A stretch of 64,000 nt of DNA from an uncultured delta proteobacterium. GTDB taxonomy: Bacteria; Desulfobacterota; Desulfobacteria; Desulfobacterales; Desulfosalsimonadaceae. The DNA lies in contig CAWGYD010000009.1 of the NCBI GenBank assembly GCA_963826785.1, forward strand, positions 1 through 64,000. Reading direction: 5' to 3'. Numbering within the stretch: the stretch's first letter is position 1; each line of letters begins with the position of its first letter. Positions 30,825 to 41,917 of this stretch are shown piece by piece. The notes beneath the pieces were generated by a model that searched no databases, was not told the origin of the DNA, and was given only the letters and a program-made list of their open reading frames with translations. The position numbers were made by a program, and so were the translations under genes.

Positions 30825-31593
30825 GCGATGCGGTGTTTGCTCTTCGTGAAAGAATGATCAGCGTGACGGCGGCAATTGCGGCAAAGCTGAGGCCGATGGC
30901 CTGTGAAATGGACAGCATGTGAAAAATCATCCCGCCCCGGTCATCTCCTCGGAAATATTCGATGATCGAGCGGGTGCTCCCGTACAGCAGGACATAGATC
31001 CAAAAAAGCTGGCCGTCAAAGCGTTTTTTCGTGCGAAGCGAAAATATGATGAAAAAAATGGCCAGATTCGAAATGGCGGAATAGAGCTGGGTCGGATGAA
31101 GGGGAACATCCAGCGGCGCCAGGGAGTCGGATCGCGTAAACATCACGGCCCAGGGATAGGTGCAGACTTTACCATAGCAGCATCCGGCGGAAAAGCAGCC
31201 GAGGCGGCCGAAAAAATGGCCCAGGGGAAGGGATACCGCGGCAATGTCGACGGTCTTGCCCAGGGGAAGGCGGTATCTGCGCAACAGGATGATCACCAGA
31301 AGCCCTGCGGCAATGAAACCGCCGTAAAAGACCAGCCCCCCGTTCCAGATTTTGACGATTTCCAGCGGGTGCTGAAAAAAGAAACGCGGGTTGGTGGCGA
31401 CATAGAATAATCGGGAACCCACGATGGCCGCGATGACCACGTAAAAACAGAGATCAACGATCTTTTCGTCATCGAGGCCCACCCGCCGTGCTTCGTGCCG
31501 GGCCATGAAAATGCCGGCAAGGACGCCAAGGGCGACGAAAAAACCATAGGTGTGGATGGCAAAACCATGAAAATCGATCAGTATGGGATGCAT
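30817..31593 (-). CDS. lgt: Prolipoprotein diacylglyceryl transferase
   Basis: IHTYG, GSRLFYV, GGLVFYGG, GRLGCF, HPTQLY, EYFR. Confidence 0.96.
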   Translation of the reverse strand: MHPILIDFHGFAIHTYGFFVALGVLAGIFMARHEARRVGLDDEKIVDLCFYVVIAAIVGSRLFYVATNPRFFFQHPLEIVKIWNGGLVFYGGFIAAGLLVIILLRRYRLPLGKTVDIAAVSLPLGHFFGRLGCFSAGCCYGKVCTYPWAVMFTRSDSLAPLDVPLHPTQLYSAISNLAIFFIIFSLRTKKRFDGQLFWIYVLLYGSTRSIIEYFRGDDRGGMIFHMLSISQAIGLSFAAIAAVTLIILSRRANTASHV

Positions 31594-31602
31594 GAAAATC
31601 CT

Positions 31603-32100
31603 TTAAATCGCGGCTTTTCGGAAGACGACGTAGAAGACGAATATGACCATGCCCGCGGTGATGGCGCTGTCCGCGACATTGAATGCCGGCCAGTGGAGAT
31701 CACCGGCGTGAAAATCGATGAAATCGACCACCCAGCCGAAGCGGAACCGGTCGATCATGTTGCCCAGCGCACCGCCGAAAATCAGTGCGAGTCCGGTTGC
31801 AAGCACCGGATACTGGCGCGGGGTCTGGTGGTAGAGATACAGGATCAACCCCATGGCCAGGCAGGAGACCGCGATGAGCAGAAAACCGTACCCGTTTCCG
31901 GCGTGGCGGGCAAAAAAACCAAACGCGCCCCCGGGATTCCGGACGTGAACCAGGTCCAGCACCCCGGGTATCAGTGAAATCGAATCATGCAGGGGCATCC
32001 TGTGCAGTACCATGATCTTGGTCAGCTGGTCGGCAAGGACCACCATGCCTGAAACCACGATCAGCCAGAGATATTTGATTGCAGAGGCCTTGATATTCAT
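31603..32100 (-). CDS. lspA: Signal peptidase II
   Basis: DQLTK, NPGGAFG, GALGNMIDR, VVDFI, AFNVADSAI. Confidence 0.97.
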   Translation of the reverse strand: MNIKASAIKYLWLIVVSGMVVLADQLTKIMVLHRMPLHDSISLIPGVLDLVHVRNPGGAFGFFARHAGNGYGFLLIAVSCLAMGLILYLYHQTPRQYPVLATGLALIFGGALGNMIDRFRFGWVVDFIDFHAGDLHWPAFNVADSAITAGMVIFVFYVVFRKAAI

Positions 32101-32101
32101 C

Positions 32102-34888
32102 TCAGGAAGCTGCCGTAAGCCGGGTCAGTACCTGATGACAGCGGCTGCAGACATCCGGCCGATCGTCAAACGTCCCCACGCTTTCATCATAGATCCAGCA
32201 CCGCTGGCATTTGTCTCCCGGGGCGGAGGCGACCGAAATGGACATCTGTTCCGAACCGGTCTCGGATGCGGAGAAAAGAGCGGCATCCGAGACGATGAAA
32301 ATGGCGGCCAGATCTTCCCGGTACCGGTTTAGCACATCATAGGCGGCCCCGGATGCGGTGATTTTCACGGAGGCATCCAGGGAATGGCCGATGCGCTTTT
32401 CCGCTCTTGCCTTTTCCAGCACCCGGGTCACCTCGCCCCGAACCGCAAGAACCGTTTCCCACCGGGCGGCGTTCTCATTATCCATAATATTGGGATCTGA
32501 TGCCGGAAAATCTGCCAGATGGATGCTTTCCTCCCGGTCTTTCGCACCCGGAATGAATTTCCAGATTTCTTCCCCCGTAAACGGCAGGACCGGCGCCATG
32601 ATTCTGGCGATGCTGTCCACAATGCAATAGAGCACCGTCTGCGCGCTGCGGCGGGCATTTGAGTCGGGCAGCGAGGTGTACAGCCGGTCTTTGAGGATGT
32701 CGAGGTAAAACGCGCTCAGGTCCAGGGTGCAGTAGTTGTACAGGCAATGGTACACCACGTGGAAATCATAGGTTTCATAAGCCCGGCGGGTCTTCGCGAT
32801 CAGCGCCTGCAGGGTGTGGAGCATGTAGCGGTCCATGTCCGGCATCTGCGCCGGATCCACTAAGTGGACCTGCGGGTCGAAATCAAACAGGTTTCCCAGC
32901 ATGAACCGGCAGGTATTCCGGATTCGCCGGTACGCATCGCTGAGCTGGGTCAAAATGTTGTCCGAGATGCGGATATCATCCTTGTAATCGGATGCCGCCA
33001 CCCACAGCCGCAGAATTTCCGCGCCATACCGGTCGATCACCTTTTTGGGGGCGATCACGTTGCCAAGGGACTTGGACATTTTTTTCCCCTGGCCGTCCAC
33101 CACGAACCCGTGGGTCAGAACGGTCCGATACGGGGGTGCGTCTTTGAGCCCCACGGCGGTGAGCAGGGAACTGTGAAACCAGCCCCGGTGCTGGTCGCTG
33201 CCTTCCAGGTACAGGTCGGCCGGCCATCTAAGATCGGGCCGTTCATCGAGTACCGCCGCATGGCTGACCCCGGAATCGAACCACACATCGAGAATGTCGT
33301 CCTCCTTTACAAAATCGGTGCTGCCGCAGTTTTCGCAGTGCGCGCCTTCCGGCAGGAAATCGGATGCCTGTTTTTCAAACCAGATGTCGGCCCCGTGTGC
33401 CTGAAACATCTTGTAGATACGCTCGATGATATCGACGTTGACCAGCAGGGCCTCGCATTTCCGGCAGTAAAACACGGTAATGGGGACCCCCCAGGAGCGC
33501 TGCCGCGATACGCACCAGTCCGGCCGGTGCCGGATCATGCCGTAGATCCGCTCCCTTCCCCAGGACGGAATCCATTTTACCGTGTCGATGGCGGCCAGGG
33601 CACGCTCGCGCAGGTCGTTTTTCTCCATGGAAATGAACCACTGGGGCGTGGCCCGAAAGATCACCGGCTTCTTGCATCTCCAGCAATGGGGATACGAATG
33701 GGTGATCCGCCCGTCCGCCATCAGGGAGCCGCCGGAGCGAAGCGTTTCGATGATTGCCGCATCGGCCTCAAACACGAACTCATTGGCAAAAAACTGGACA
33801 TCATCGGTGAAGCGCCCGTTTTCATCCACCGGGGAATAGGCTTCCAGTCCGTACCGGGTCCCCACTTCATAGTCCTCCCGGCCGTGCCCCGGCGCCGTAT
33901 GTACGCACCCGGTTCCCGCCTCCAGGGTCACATGGGTCCCCAGGATGATTTCAGAGGGGCGCTCATAGAGGGGGTGCCGGCAGAATTTGTGTTCCAGGTC
34001 GGCAGAGGCGATGTCGGCCACGATGCGATAGGATTCGATATGAAAGGCTTTCATGCATTCTTCCACCAGGTCCCTGGCCACGATCAGCACTTCTCCCGTA
34101 CCGATCTCGACGGCGGAATAGACGAAATCCGGGTGCAGCGAAATGGCAAGGTTGGCCGGCAGGGTCCACGGGGTGGTGGTCCAGATGACGACATACACTT
34201 TTTTGCCGCTCAACTGGGGGACAACCGGGCTGAGGTCATCGATCATTTCGAAACGGACGAAAATGGAGGGGGATGTTTCATCGGCGTACTCGATCTCGGC
34301 CTCGGCCAGGGCGGTCTTGCAGTTGCAGCACCAGTAAATCGGCTTCTTGCTGCGGACCAGGCTTCCCTTCAAGGCAAATTGTGCGCACAATTTGGCAATG
34401 GTCGCCTCGTAGGCATAATTCATGGTCAGGTAGGGATCATCCCATTTTCCCATCACCCCCAGGCGCTTGAATTCTTCTCTTTGGATATCGACATATTTTT
34501 CGGCATATGCCCGGCAGGCCCTGCGGATTTCCACCTTGGACATGGATTTTTTCTTCGGCCCCAGGTTCTTGTCCACATTGTGCTCGATGGGCAGCCCGTG
34601 GCAGTCCCAGCCCGGCACGAATACGGAGTCAAAGCCGCTCATCTGGTGGGAGCGGACCACGATGTCCTTTAAAATCTTGTTTAAAGCGGTTCCGATATGG
34701 ATGTTGCCGTTGGCATAGGGGGGGCCGTCGTGAAGGACGAATGACTCCCGGCCGCGGGCGTGTTCACGGATTTTTTCATGCAGGCCTTCTTCTTCCCATT
34801 TCTTCAACTGTTCCGGTTCGCGGTTCGCCAGGTTCGCCTTCATGGGAAACCCGGTGTCCGGAAGGTTCAGTGTCTTTTTATACTCCAT
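32102..34888 (-). CDS. ileS: Isoleucine--tRNA ligase
   Basis: [52 protein letters not shown]-terminal zinc finger. Confidence 0.98.
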   Translation of the reverse strand: MEYKKTLNLPDTGFPMKANLANREPEQLKKWEEEGLHEKIREHARGRESFVLHDGPPYANGNIHIGTALNKILKDIVVRSHQMSGFDSVFVPGWDCHGLPIEHNVDKNLGPKKKSMSKVEIRRACRAYAEKYVDIQREEFKRLGVMGKWDDPYLTMNYAYEATIAKLCAQFALKGSLVRSKKPIYWCCNCKTALAEAEIEYADETSPSIFVRFEMIDDLSPVVPQLSGKKVYVVIWTTTPWTLPANLAISLHPDFVYSAVEIGTGEVLIVARDLVEECMKAFHIESYRIVADIASADLEHKFCRHPLYERPSEIILGTHVTLEAGTGCVHTAPGHGREDYEVGTRYGLEAYSPVDENGRFTDDVQFFANEFVFEADAAIIETLRSGGSLMADGRITHSYPHCWRCKKPVIFRATPQWFISMEKNDLRERALAAIDTVKWIPSWGRERIYGMIRHRPDWCVSRQRSWGVPITVFYCRKCEALLVNVDIIERIYKMFQAHGADIWFEKQASDFLPEGAHCENCGSTDFVKEDDILDVWFDSGVSHAAVLDERPDLRWPADLYLEGSDQHRGWFHSSLLTAVGLKDAPPYRTVLTHGFVVDGQGKKMSKSLGNVIAPKKVIDRYGAEILRLWVAASDYKDDIRISDNILTQLSDAYRRIRNTCRFMLGNLFDFDPQVHLVDPAQMPDMDRYMLHTLQALIAKTRRAYETYDFHVVYHCLYNYCTLDLSAFYLDILKDRLYTSLPDSNARRSAQTVLYCIVDSIARIMAPVLPFTGEEIWKFIPGAKDREESIHLADFPASDPNIMDNENAARWETVLAVRGEVTRVLEKARAEKRIGHSLDASVKITASGAAYDVLNRYREDLAAIFIVSDAALFSASETGSEQMSISVASAPGDKCQRCWIYDESVGTFDDRPDVCSRCHQVLTRLTAAS

Positions 34889-35216
34889 GCAGATATTCCT
34901 CCGGGGACGTAAAAACCTATAGATATTAAAATTATGTATTTGGGAACAGAGACGCTTGTCAGGCGCTGCAAACGATCGAACCCGCATCTAAAAATTTATT
35001 AATTTAAGCCACATAACGTAGGTGTGTCAAGGAAATTAGCACCTTTTGGCCGCCTTTTGCCGGTCCATTCTTTTTGCGACCGGGATGGCTTGACAAAATC
35101 GGTGCGGCCGAATACAGCATAAGGGGTCCATAAATCCCTCTTGCCGGCGCTCCATGCGTCTTGTCGGCGGGATAAGATCAATTCCCAACGCAATTTTTCA
35201 ATATATAAGGGTATCC

Positions 35217-35660
35217 ATGCGGGCAGTCATCCAGCGCGTCAAAAGCGCTTCGGTCACCATCGGCGGCCGGGTGGCCGGAGAAATCGGACCCGGCCTGATG
35301 GTGCTGCTGGGCGTTTCGCCATCCGATGAAACTTCCGACAGTGCTTTTCTGGCCGAAAAAATCATCCATCTGCGAATCTTCGAAGACGACCAGGGCAAGA
35401 TGAACCGGTCGCTGGTCGACACCTTCGGCGAAATCCTGGTGGTTTCACAATTTACCCTCTATGGCGACTGCCGGAAAGGCAGGCGCCCCTCCTTCATCCA
35501 TGCGGCCGCACCGGAAATAGCCGAACCCCTGTATGAACATTTCATATCCGTCGTCCGGGGAAACGGAATCCGGGTTCAAACGGGTGAATTCGGCGCCATG
35601 ATGGATGTGGCCCTGGTCAATTCCGGACCGGTCACACTGATTTTAGAGAGCCGGCCGTGA
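35217..35660 (+). CDS. dtd: D-aminoacyl-tRNA deacylase
   Basis: [26 protein letters not shown]. Confidence 0.97.
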   Translation: MRAVIQRVKSASVTIGGRVAGEIGPGLMVLLGVSPSDETSDSAFLAEKIIHLRIFEDDQGKMNRSLVDTFGEILVVSQFTLYGDCRKGRRPSFIHAAAPEIAEPLYEHFISVVRGNGIRVQTGEFGAMMDVALVNSGPVTLILESRP

Positions 35661-36943
35661 TCATGTTACGCAGGTTAATTCGTTCAGATGGAGGGTTCCG
35701 GCCGATCGTCGGCCGTTGCTGCCTGCTTCTAACCCTCTTTTGGATAATGGCGGCAAATCCGGCCATTGCCAAAGACAATTCTGAAAGTTTTTCCGCTCTG
35801 TCCCGGTTTTCAGGCCCGCAAAATGCCATCGTGGTTGCCGATCCGTGCGGGAACTTCCGTTATGCCGACAATCCGGACCAACTGCTCATTCCCGCTTCCA
35901 GCTTAAAAGTCTTTACCGCCCTGCTGGCGCTTTCTCATCTGGGGCCGGATTTCCGGTTTACCACCGAATTTTATCTGGATGCCAAAAACAATCTAAAGAT
36001 CAAGGGATATGGCGACCCCCTGCTGATCTCGGAAGCCGTCGACCGCATATGCGCCCGCCTGGCGGAATCCACCCATCATGTTCGCCACCTGATCATCGAC
36101 AACTCCTATTTTGACGGACCGGTAAAGGTTCCCGGTTCACGAAACGGTTCGCTGCAGCCCTATGACGCCCCCAGCGGCGCATTGTGCGTCAACTTCAACA
36201 CCATTTACTTTTCGTCCGATCACGGCCGGGTCGTCAGCGCCGAACCCCAGACCCCCCTGCTTCCTCTGGCGATCCGACGCATCGGCAAAACCGGGGCGCC
36301 ATCGGGTCGGATTCTGCTCACCGATGATGACGGCGACGCCGTGGTCTATGCCGGTGAACTCTTTTCCTGGTTTCTGCGGAAGCATCAGGTGGCCGTTACC
36401 GGAGAAATCCGGTGCGGCACCGTGGATACCCGAAACGACAGGCTCATCTACCGGCATGAATCGGAATATCCATTGACGGAAGTGGTAAAACGGCTGCTGA
36501 AATACTCCAACAATTTCATTGCCAACCAGCTGTTTCTGGCCACGGGAGCGCACTTGTCAGGGCCACCGGCAAATCTTGAAAAAAGCGTGCATGCCGCAGA
36601 CCTGTTTGCACAAACGCTGGGGATCAAAGGCATGGTCATCGCGGAAGGATCGGGAATCTCGCGGCGGAACCGGGTATCGGCACGCATGTTCATGGACATC
36701 CTTGCGGCTTTTGCGCCCTATCACGACCTGATGTCCAAAGAAGGCCGGATCTATTTTAAAACTGGGACATTGAAGGGCATCAGCACCCGGGTGGGGTATG
36801 TCGGGACGGAATCCGGCGAGTTGCTGCCCTTTGCGGTGATGATCAATAAGCCAGGCCAAAACGCGGCGGAGGCGATGCGCAGGCTCAGTCAAATCAGATT
36901 TACATCAGCCCCCTGCCCTTCTCCGGACCCCCAACCCCAATAG
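35657..36943 (+). CDS. dacB: D-Ala-D-Ala carboxypeptidase/endopeptidase (PBP4, S13)
   Basis: Signal peptide; PASSLK (SxxK), [14 protein letters not shown]. Confidence 0.9.
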   Translation: MIMLRRLIRSDGGFRPIVGRCCLLLTLFWIMAANPAIAKDNSESFSALSRFSGPQNAIVVADPCGNFRYADNPDQLLIPASSLKVFTALLALSHLGPDFRFTTEFYLDAKNNLKIKGYGDPLLISEAVDRICARLAESTHHVRHLIIDNSYFDGPVKVPGSRNGSLQPYDAPSGALCVNFNTIYFSSDHGRVVSAEPQTPLLPLAIRRIGKTGAPSGRILLTDDDGDAVVYAGELFSWFLRKHQVAVTGEIRCGTVDTRNDRLIYRHESEYPLTEVVKRLLKYSNNFIANQLFLATGAHLSGPPANLEKSVHAADLFAQTLGIKGMVIAEGSGISRRNRVSARMFMDILAAFAPYHDLMSKEGRIYFKTGTLKGISTRVGYVGTESGELLPFAVMINKPGQNAAEAMRRLSQIRFTSAPCPSPDPQPQ

Positions 36944-36990
36944 CGTCAAATCCTAAGAAAATGCAGGTCATCAGAAAAGATGGATGGTGA

Positions 36991-37797
36991 CTAATCCGGG
37001 TGTTTGCCGCCGGTGATGAAGGCATAGGCATTGTGGTTGTGGATGGATTCGAAATTTTCCACCTCCACGGAAAACCAGGTGATGTTCTTGTCCGCCTTCA
37101 GCGACAGGGCGATGTCTCTTACGATGTCTTCCACGAACTTGGGGTTGTCGTAGCTCTTTTCGGTGATATATTTCTCATCGGCGCGCTTGAGTACGGAATA
37201 GACATCGCAGGAGGCGGCGCGCTCCACCAGTTCGATCATGTCCTCGATCCAGATGAACTTCCTGAAGCGGGTGGAAAGCTTGACCATTCCCCGCTGGTTG
37301 TGGGCCCCCGCATCGCTGATTTCCTTGGAGCAGGGGCATACCGATGAAACCGGGACCACCACCTGGGAGATCAGGTCGATCTTGCAGTCCGGATGGATGG
37401 AACCGATCAGGGTGCAGGTATAATCCATCAGCCCGGGGGATTTGCTCACCGGCGCGATCTTCTCGATAAAGTAGGGAAAGGTCACCTCGATATGCGCCGA
37501 TTCGGCATTTAAATGCTGCTTCATCTGGGTGAGAATTTCGGAAAACGTCCTCAGCGAAATCTTGGGGCGAAACAGGTGCAGCATTTCCACGAACCGGCTC
37601 ATGTGGGTCCCCTTGCACTCATGGGGAAGGTCCACGAACATGTTGATGGATGCGACGGTGTGCTGTTCCCCCCGGTAGCGGTCCAGAACGGTGATGGGGT
37701 ATCTCAGTCCCTTGATGCCCACCTTGTTGATGGCAATGTTCCGAAAGTCCCGCTCATTTTGAATGTCTTTCATCATTTCCGGCATAAATCCGCCCAT
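36991..37797 (-). CDS. folE2: GTP cyclohydrolase IB
   Basis: KGTHMSRF, CPCSKEIS, GAHNQR, PKFVEDIVRD, ESIHNHNA. Confidence 0.95.
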   Translation of the reverse strand: MGGFMPEMMKDIQNERDFRNIAINKVGIKGLRYPITVLDRYRGEQHTVASINMFVDLPHECKGTHMSRFVEMLHLFRPKISLRTFSEILTQMKQHLNAESAHIEVTFPYFIEKIAPVSKSPGLMDYTCTLIGSIHPDCKIDLISQVVVPVSSVCPCSKEISDAGAHNQRGMVKLSTRFRKFIWIEDMIELVERAASCDVYSVLKRADEKYITEKSYDNPKFVEDIVRDIALSLKADKNITWFSVEVENFESIHNHNAYAFITGGKHPD

Positions 37798-37821
37798 ATC
37801 CCTAAAACCCTGTCGGGTGCG

Positions 37822-38544
37822 TCAGAGGAGATACTCCCGGTTGACGTGGCTCAAGGATCTGAAAATATTTTTTTTGATTTTTTTGTTGGCTCGGTACAGA
37901 TCGTTTAAAAACGACTTGATTTCCCGTCGTTTGGATTGATCCGCGGAAGGACAGGGATTGACAAACTCAGGGAATTGCTGGTCTTTGGCAAAGCGTGCGA
38001 TCCGGGCTTCATCCGCGAAGGCGAGCGGCCGGATAATGCGCAACCGGCCGCCAAACATCGGCTGAACCGGAAGCATGGTCCCCATGACCCCCGTATAGCA
38101 GATGTTTAAAAAGAAGGTTTCGATGATATCATCTTTGTGATGCCCCAGGGCAATCTTATTGCAGTCCAGCTCCCTTGCGATTTCAAACAGGCGCTGGCGC
38201 CGGCGGCGGGCGCATAGAAAGCAGGGGTTTTCCCGGTTGGCCGCACTGTGGGCGACGATGCCGAAATCCGTATGCTCCACCCGCAGGGAAACGCCCGTCT
38301 GCGCCACCCATTGTGTCAGCTGATCGCCGAAGCACCCTTCAAAGCCCGGATCGATGTACACGGCATGCAGTGTATAGGAAACCGGCACCCGGGGCAGGCG
38401 TTCGCTCAACAGCCACAGCAGCGTCAGGCTGTCTTTTCCCCCGGAGACACCCACCAGTATCCGATCGCCCGAAGCGATCATCTCATACTGGTGGATGGCT
38501 TTTCCCAGATCGTGATTGAGCGCCTTGAAACTGTAGGTGGTCAT
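37822..38544 (-). CDS. ttcA: tRNA 2-thiocytidine biosynthesis TtcA-family protein
   Basis: SGGKDS PP-loop, PCFLCARRRR, GHHKDD, IIRPL. Confidence 0.85.
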   Translation of the reverse strand: MTTYSFKALNHDLGKAIHQYEMIASGDRILVGVSGGKDSLTLLWLLSERLPRVPVSYTLHAVYIDPGFEGCFGDQLTQWVAQTGVSLRVEHTDFGIVAHSAANRENPCFLCARRRRQRLFEIARELDCNKIALGHHKDDIIETFFLNICYTGVMGTMLPVQPMFGGRLRIIRPLAFADEARIARFAKDQQFPEFVNPCPSADQSKRREIKSFLNDLYRANKKIKKNIFRSLSHVNREYLL

Positions 38545-38557
38545 CAGCCCCGCAGGA

Positions 38558-38788
38558 TCAGCACTGATCCGGCTCTTTGACTTCCGGGTCCTTCTTTTCC
38601 GATTCCTTGATGAAAACCTTTCCGGCGGCGATTTCCCGCAGTGCGGTCACAATGTCCTCGTTGTTGCGGGATTTGACCAGCCGCGGGCTTCCTTCAGCCA
38701 GCTGGCGCACCCGTTTGGCCGCCACCTGCACCAGGAAAAACCGGTTGGGGATCCGTTTCAGGCAGTCCTCTATGGTTACTCTTGCCAT
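38558..38788 (-). CDS. rpoZ: RNA polymerase omega subunit
   Basis: MARVTIEDCLKRIPNRFFLV...ALREIAAG. Confidence 0.96.
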   Translation of the reverse strand: MARVTIEDCLKRIPNRFFLVQVAAKRVRQLAEGSPRLVKSRNNEDIVTALREIAAGKVFIKESEKKDPEVKEPDQC

Positions 38789-38812
38789 GTATACTCTCCT
38801 TTTGTTTCCCTG

Positions 38813-39280
38813 TTAAAGGATTTCAATCAGTTCATAATTTCGTTTGCCGGCCGGCACCTGGATGGCGATTTCAGCCCCCAGCTTCTTGCCCAGCATGGCC
38901 TGTCCCAGGGGGGAATTCACGGAGATCCGGCCTTCCTTGATATTCGATTCTTCCGGCCCCACCAGCTGATAGGTAACCTCCTCGCCGGTGTCGATATTTT
39001 CCAGAACCACCGTGCATCCGAAGAAAACGGCTTCTTTGCTCAGCTTGGTCGGATCGATCACGTTGGCATGGCCCAGTTTGAATTCCAGTTCACTGATCCG
39101 TCCTTCCAGGAAGCTCTGGCGTTCCTTGGCGGCCTCGTATTCGGCATTTTCGGAAAGATCCCCGTGGGCACGGGCCTCCTCGATGGCCTTGATATTCTTG
39201 GGCCGTTCAACGGCTTTCAGCCGGCCGAGTTCTTCCTTCAAGGCATCGTATCCCTGTTTGGTCATGGGTATCTGCTCCAA
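38813..39280 (-). CDS. greA: Transcription elongation factor GreA
   Basis: ARAHGDLSENAEYEAAK, ISVNSPLGQA. Confidence 0.97.
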   Translation of the reverse strand: MEQIPMTKQGYDALKEELGRLKAVERPKNIKAIEEARAHGDLSENAEYEAAKERQSFLEGRISELEFKLGHANVIDPTKLSKEAVFFGCTVVLENIDTGEEVTYQLVGPEESNIKEGRISVNSPLGQAMLGKKLGAEIAIQVPAGKRNYELIEIL

Positions 39281-39282
39281 GA

Positions 39283-40359
39283 TCAGTCTCCTGTGCCGTT
39301 TACGATATAGTTTGCAATGAGATCGCCCACTTCGTCGGTGGCATACCCCATTTTTCCGGCCGATACATTTTTGATATCGTTCCGGAGGGCTTTTTTGACC
39401 GCACTTTCGATGGCCGCCCCCGCCTTGTTCTCTCCCAGTGTTTCCAGCAGCAGCTGGGTGGAAAGGATGGCGGCAATCGGGTTGATTATCTTCTTGCCGG
39501 TATACTTGGGCGCCGACCCCCCAATGGGTTCAAACATGGACACCCCTTCGGGATTGATGTTGCCTCCGGCGGCAATGCCCATGCCGCCCTGGATCATGGC
39601 CCCCAGGTCGGTGATGATGTCCCCGAACATGTTGTCGGTAACGATCACGTCAAACCATTCCGGGTTTTTGACCATCCACATGCAGATGGCATCCACATGG
39701 GCGTAATCGGTTTCAACATCCGGGTACGCTTTGGCCACTTCATAGAAGGTGCGCTCCCACAAGTCAAACGCAAATGTCAATACGTTGGTCTTGCCGCACA
39801 GGGTCAGCTTTTTTCGCCGGTTGCGATTCCGGCAGTATTCGAAAGCATAGCGGATGCAGCGCTCCACCCCTTTGCGGGTGTTGATCGATTCCTGAATGGC
39901 CACTTCGTCTGCGGTCCCCTTCTTGAGGGTACCGCCGGCGCCGGCGTAAAGCCCCTCGCTGTTTTCCCGGACCACGACAAAGTCAATATCCGCCGGCGTC
40001 TTTCCTTTCAGAGGGGTGTCGACGCCTTCATAGAGTTTGACCGGCCTCAGATTGATGTATTGATCGAGTTCAAACCGCAGCCTGAGCAATAATCCTTTTT
40101 CCAGGATGCCGGGTTTGACATCCGGGTGTCCGATGGCGCCTAAAAAAATGGCGTCTGCTGAAGACAGCTGGGAAACAGTTGTGTCCGGCAGAATCTCACC
40201 TGTTTTTTTATAATGCTCACCGCCCAGATCATAATAGGTATAATCCAGTTTGAAGCCATAGACGCCGGCAGCGGCATCCATCGCCTTGATGCCTTCGGCC
40301 ACCACCTCCGGTCCGGTCCCGTCTCCGGGGAGAACTGCGATATTGTACTGTCTGGTCAT
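39283..40359 (-). CDS. leuB: 3-isopropylmalate dehydrogenase (beta-decarboxylating dehydrogenase)
   Basis: PGDGTGPEV, LLRLR, NLRP, VRENSEG, NMFGDIITD, FEPIGGSAP. Confidence 0.88.
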   Translation of the reverse strand: MTRQYNIAVLPGDGTGPEVVAEGIKAMDAAAGVYGFKLDYTYYDLGGEHYKKTGEILPDTTVSQLSSADAIFLGAIGHPDVKPGILEKGLLLRLRFELDQYINLRPVKLYEGVDTPLKGKTPADIDFVVVRENSEGLYAGAGGTLKKGTADEVAIQESINTRKGVERCIRYAFEYCRNRNRRKKLTLCGKTNVLTFAFDLWERTFYEVAKAYPDVETDYAHVDAICMWMVKNPEWFDVIVTDNMFGDIITDLGAMIQGGMGIAAGGNINPEGVSMFEPIGGSAPKYTGKKIINPIAAILSTQLLLETLGENKAGAAIESAVKKALRNDIKNVSAGKMGYATDEVGDLIANYIVNGTGD

Positions 40360-40454
40360 GTATAACGCTCCTCAACTTTGAACAAAATTCCGGCAACTGA
40401 TGAATATGAATATGCACTCAGATACCCGCGAGTACCTTCGGCAAACAATAACAC

Positions 40455-41129
40455 TTAGTGCAGGTGCGCCAGGATCGAACTTCCGGCCTTCACCCGATCG
40501 CCTTTTCTCACGATGATTTCCGAATCGGGCGGGAGGTAAAGATCAAGACGGGACCCGAAGCAGATCAACCCGAACCGTGCGCCACGAACTATCGCATCTT
40601 TTTCCGAAACAAAACAGATGATGCGGCGGGCCACCAGTCCGGCGATCTGCACAAAGGCGATCTTCCGGTGGTCTTCGGTATCCATCAGCACCGCATTATG
40701 TTCGTTTTTCATGGATGCGCTGTCCCGGTCCGCGGGATAAAAACGGCCGGGCCGGTAAGTGATGGTATTCACCACGCCTGAATAGGGGACCCGGTTGACA
40801 TGCACGTTCAACAGGGACATGAATACCCCGATCTTAACGCAGGGACCGTCCCAGTAAGGATTTTCAGAAGCCACCCCCACGCTGACCACCCGGCCATCGG
40901 CCGGCGATACCACGGCCTTGGCCACATCCGGAATAAGCCGATCCGGGTCCCGGAAGAAAAGGCAGATGCTCAAGGTCAGGACCAACCCGGCGATGGCGGG
41001 TATGCTCCATCCGAGCAGGGCAAAGACCAGGGTGACAAACCCGGAAGCGATAATAAACGGGTATCCGGCTGAAGCAATGGGAAATGCCGTCAGACGGGGA
41101 GATTCGGCTCGATAAAAAGGTGTCGTCAT
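40455..41129 (-). CDS. psd: Phosphatidylserine decarboxylase family
   Basis: FFRDPDR, SPADG, NVHVNR, QIAGLVARRI, FGSR cleavage motif. Confidence 0.92.
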   Translation of the reverse strand: MTTPFYRAESPRLTAFPIASAGYPFIIASGFVTLVFALLGWSIPAIAGLVLTLSICLFFRDPDRLIPDVAKAVVSPADGRVVSVGVASENPYWDGPCVKIGVFMSLLNVHVNRVPYSGVVNTITYRPGRFYPADRDSASMKNEHNAVLMDTEDHRKIAFVQIAGLVARRIICFVSEKDAIVRGARFGLICFGSRLDLYLPPDSEIIVRKGDRVKAGSSILAHLH

Positions 41130-41193
41130 TAAATTATCAACTTTGAATTAAATATATAAAATCCGACATCTTTAATCAAAAAATCGCCGCATG

Positions 41194-41910
41194 TCAATGA
41201 AAACAGCCGGATTCGCTTAAATTTTTGTTTAAAACACGGTTTCTTTCCGCATCGGGTTTGCGGATATAATGAGGGATCAGCGATTCTGCCGAATCCACCC
41301 TGCCCTGCTCAAATCGTCTGATTGCCATTTCCCCGACAACGGCTGCGCGAACCGTGTGGCAGGCGGGCGGCGGAAAAACCGCCAGGCTCCCCAGTGCCTT
41401 CAGAATGATTTTCCGGTGGGCAATGGCACCGTCTCCAATCACGATCACCGGTTCATGGATCTGAAAAAAAGCAGCCTCCGGGGAAATCACCTGCTCAGGG
41501 AAGATTTTGACCGTCTGATTTTCGGTACGTTTAAATCCTGCGGTGTAGATTTCTCCTTTCCTGGCATCGAGCATGGGACAGATCAACATCGAATGTCCCC
41601 AGAAGGGGTAGGCCAGGACCTCAAGGGTTGGAATACCCACCAGCGGCTTTCGGGTGGCCGCGGCAAAGCCCTTGACGGTGGAAAGCCCGATGCGCAGTCC
41701 CGTGAAGCTGCCGGGCCCGGTAGTGACCGCAAAACCGTCCAATTCAGCCATGGTCATCCGGTGGGCGCCAAGTGCCTGGTCTACCAGGTCCAGCACCACC
41801 CTGGCATGGGTCTGTCCATGATTGACCGTCAGTTCGGAAATGAGGGTCTCACCGGCGTGAATGGCCACACTGCAGGACCGGGTCGCCGTATCCAGAGAAA
41901 GAATTTTCAT
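41194..41910 (-). CDS. tsaB: t6A biosynthesis protein TsaB
   Basis: [31 protein letters not shown]. Confidence 0.95.
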   Translation of the reverse strand: MKILSLDTATRSCSVAIHAGETLISELTVNHGQTHARVVLDLVDQALGAHRMTMAELDGFAVTTGPGSFTGLRIGLSTVKGFAAATRKPLVGIPTLEVLAYPFWGHSMLICPMLDARKGEIYTAGFKRTENQTVKIFPEQVISPEAAFFQIHEPVIVIGDGAIAHRKIILKALGSLAVFPPPACHTVRAAVVGEMAIRRFEQGRVDSAESLIPHYIRKPDAERNRVLNKNLSESGCFH

Positions 41911-41917
41911 GAGGTGC

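Noticed and set aside
34889..35000. T-box riboswitch upstream of ileS (and of valS)
   Set aside because: No T-box consensus (GGTGG.ACC) or specifier-stem architecture seen, and the leaders are short.
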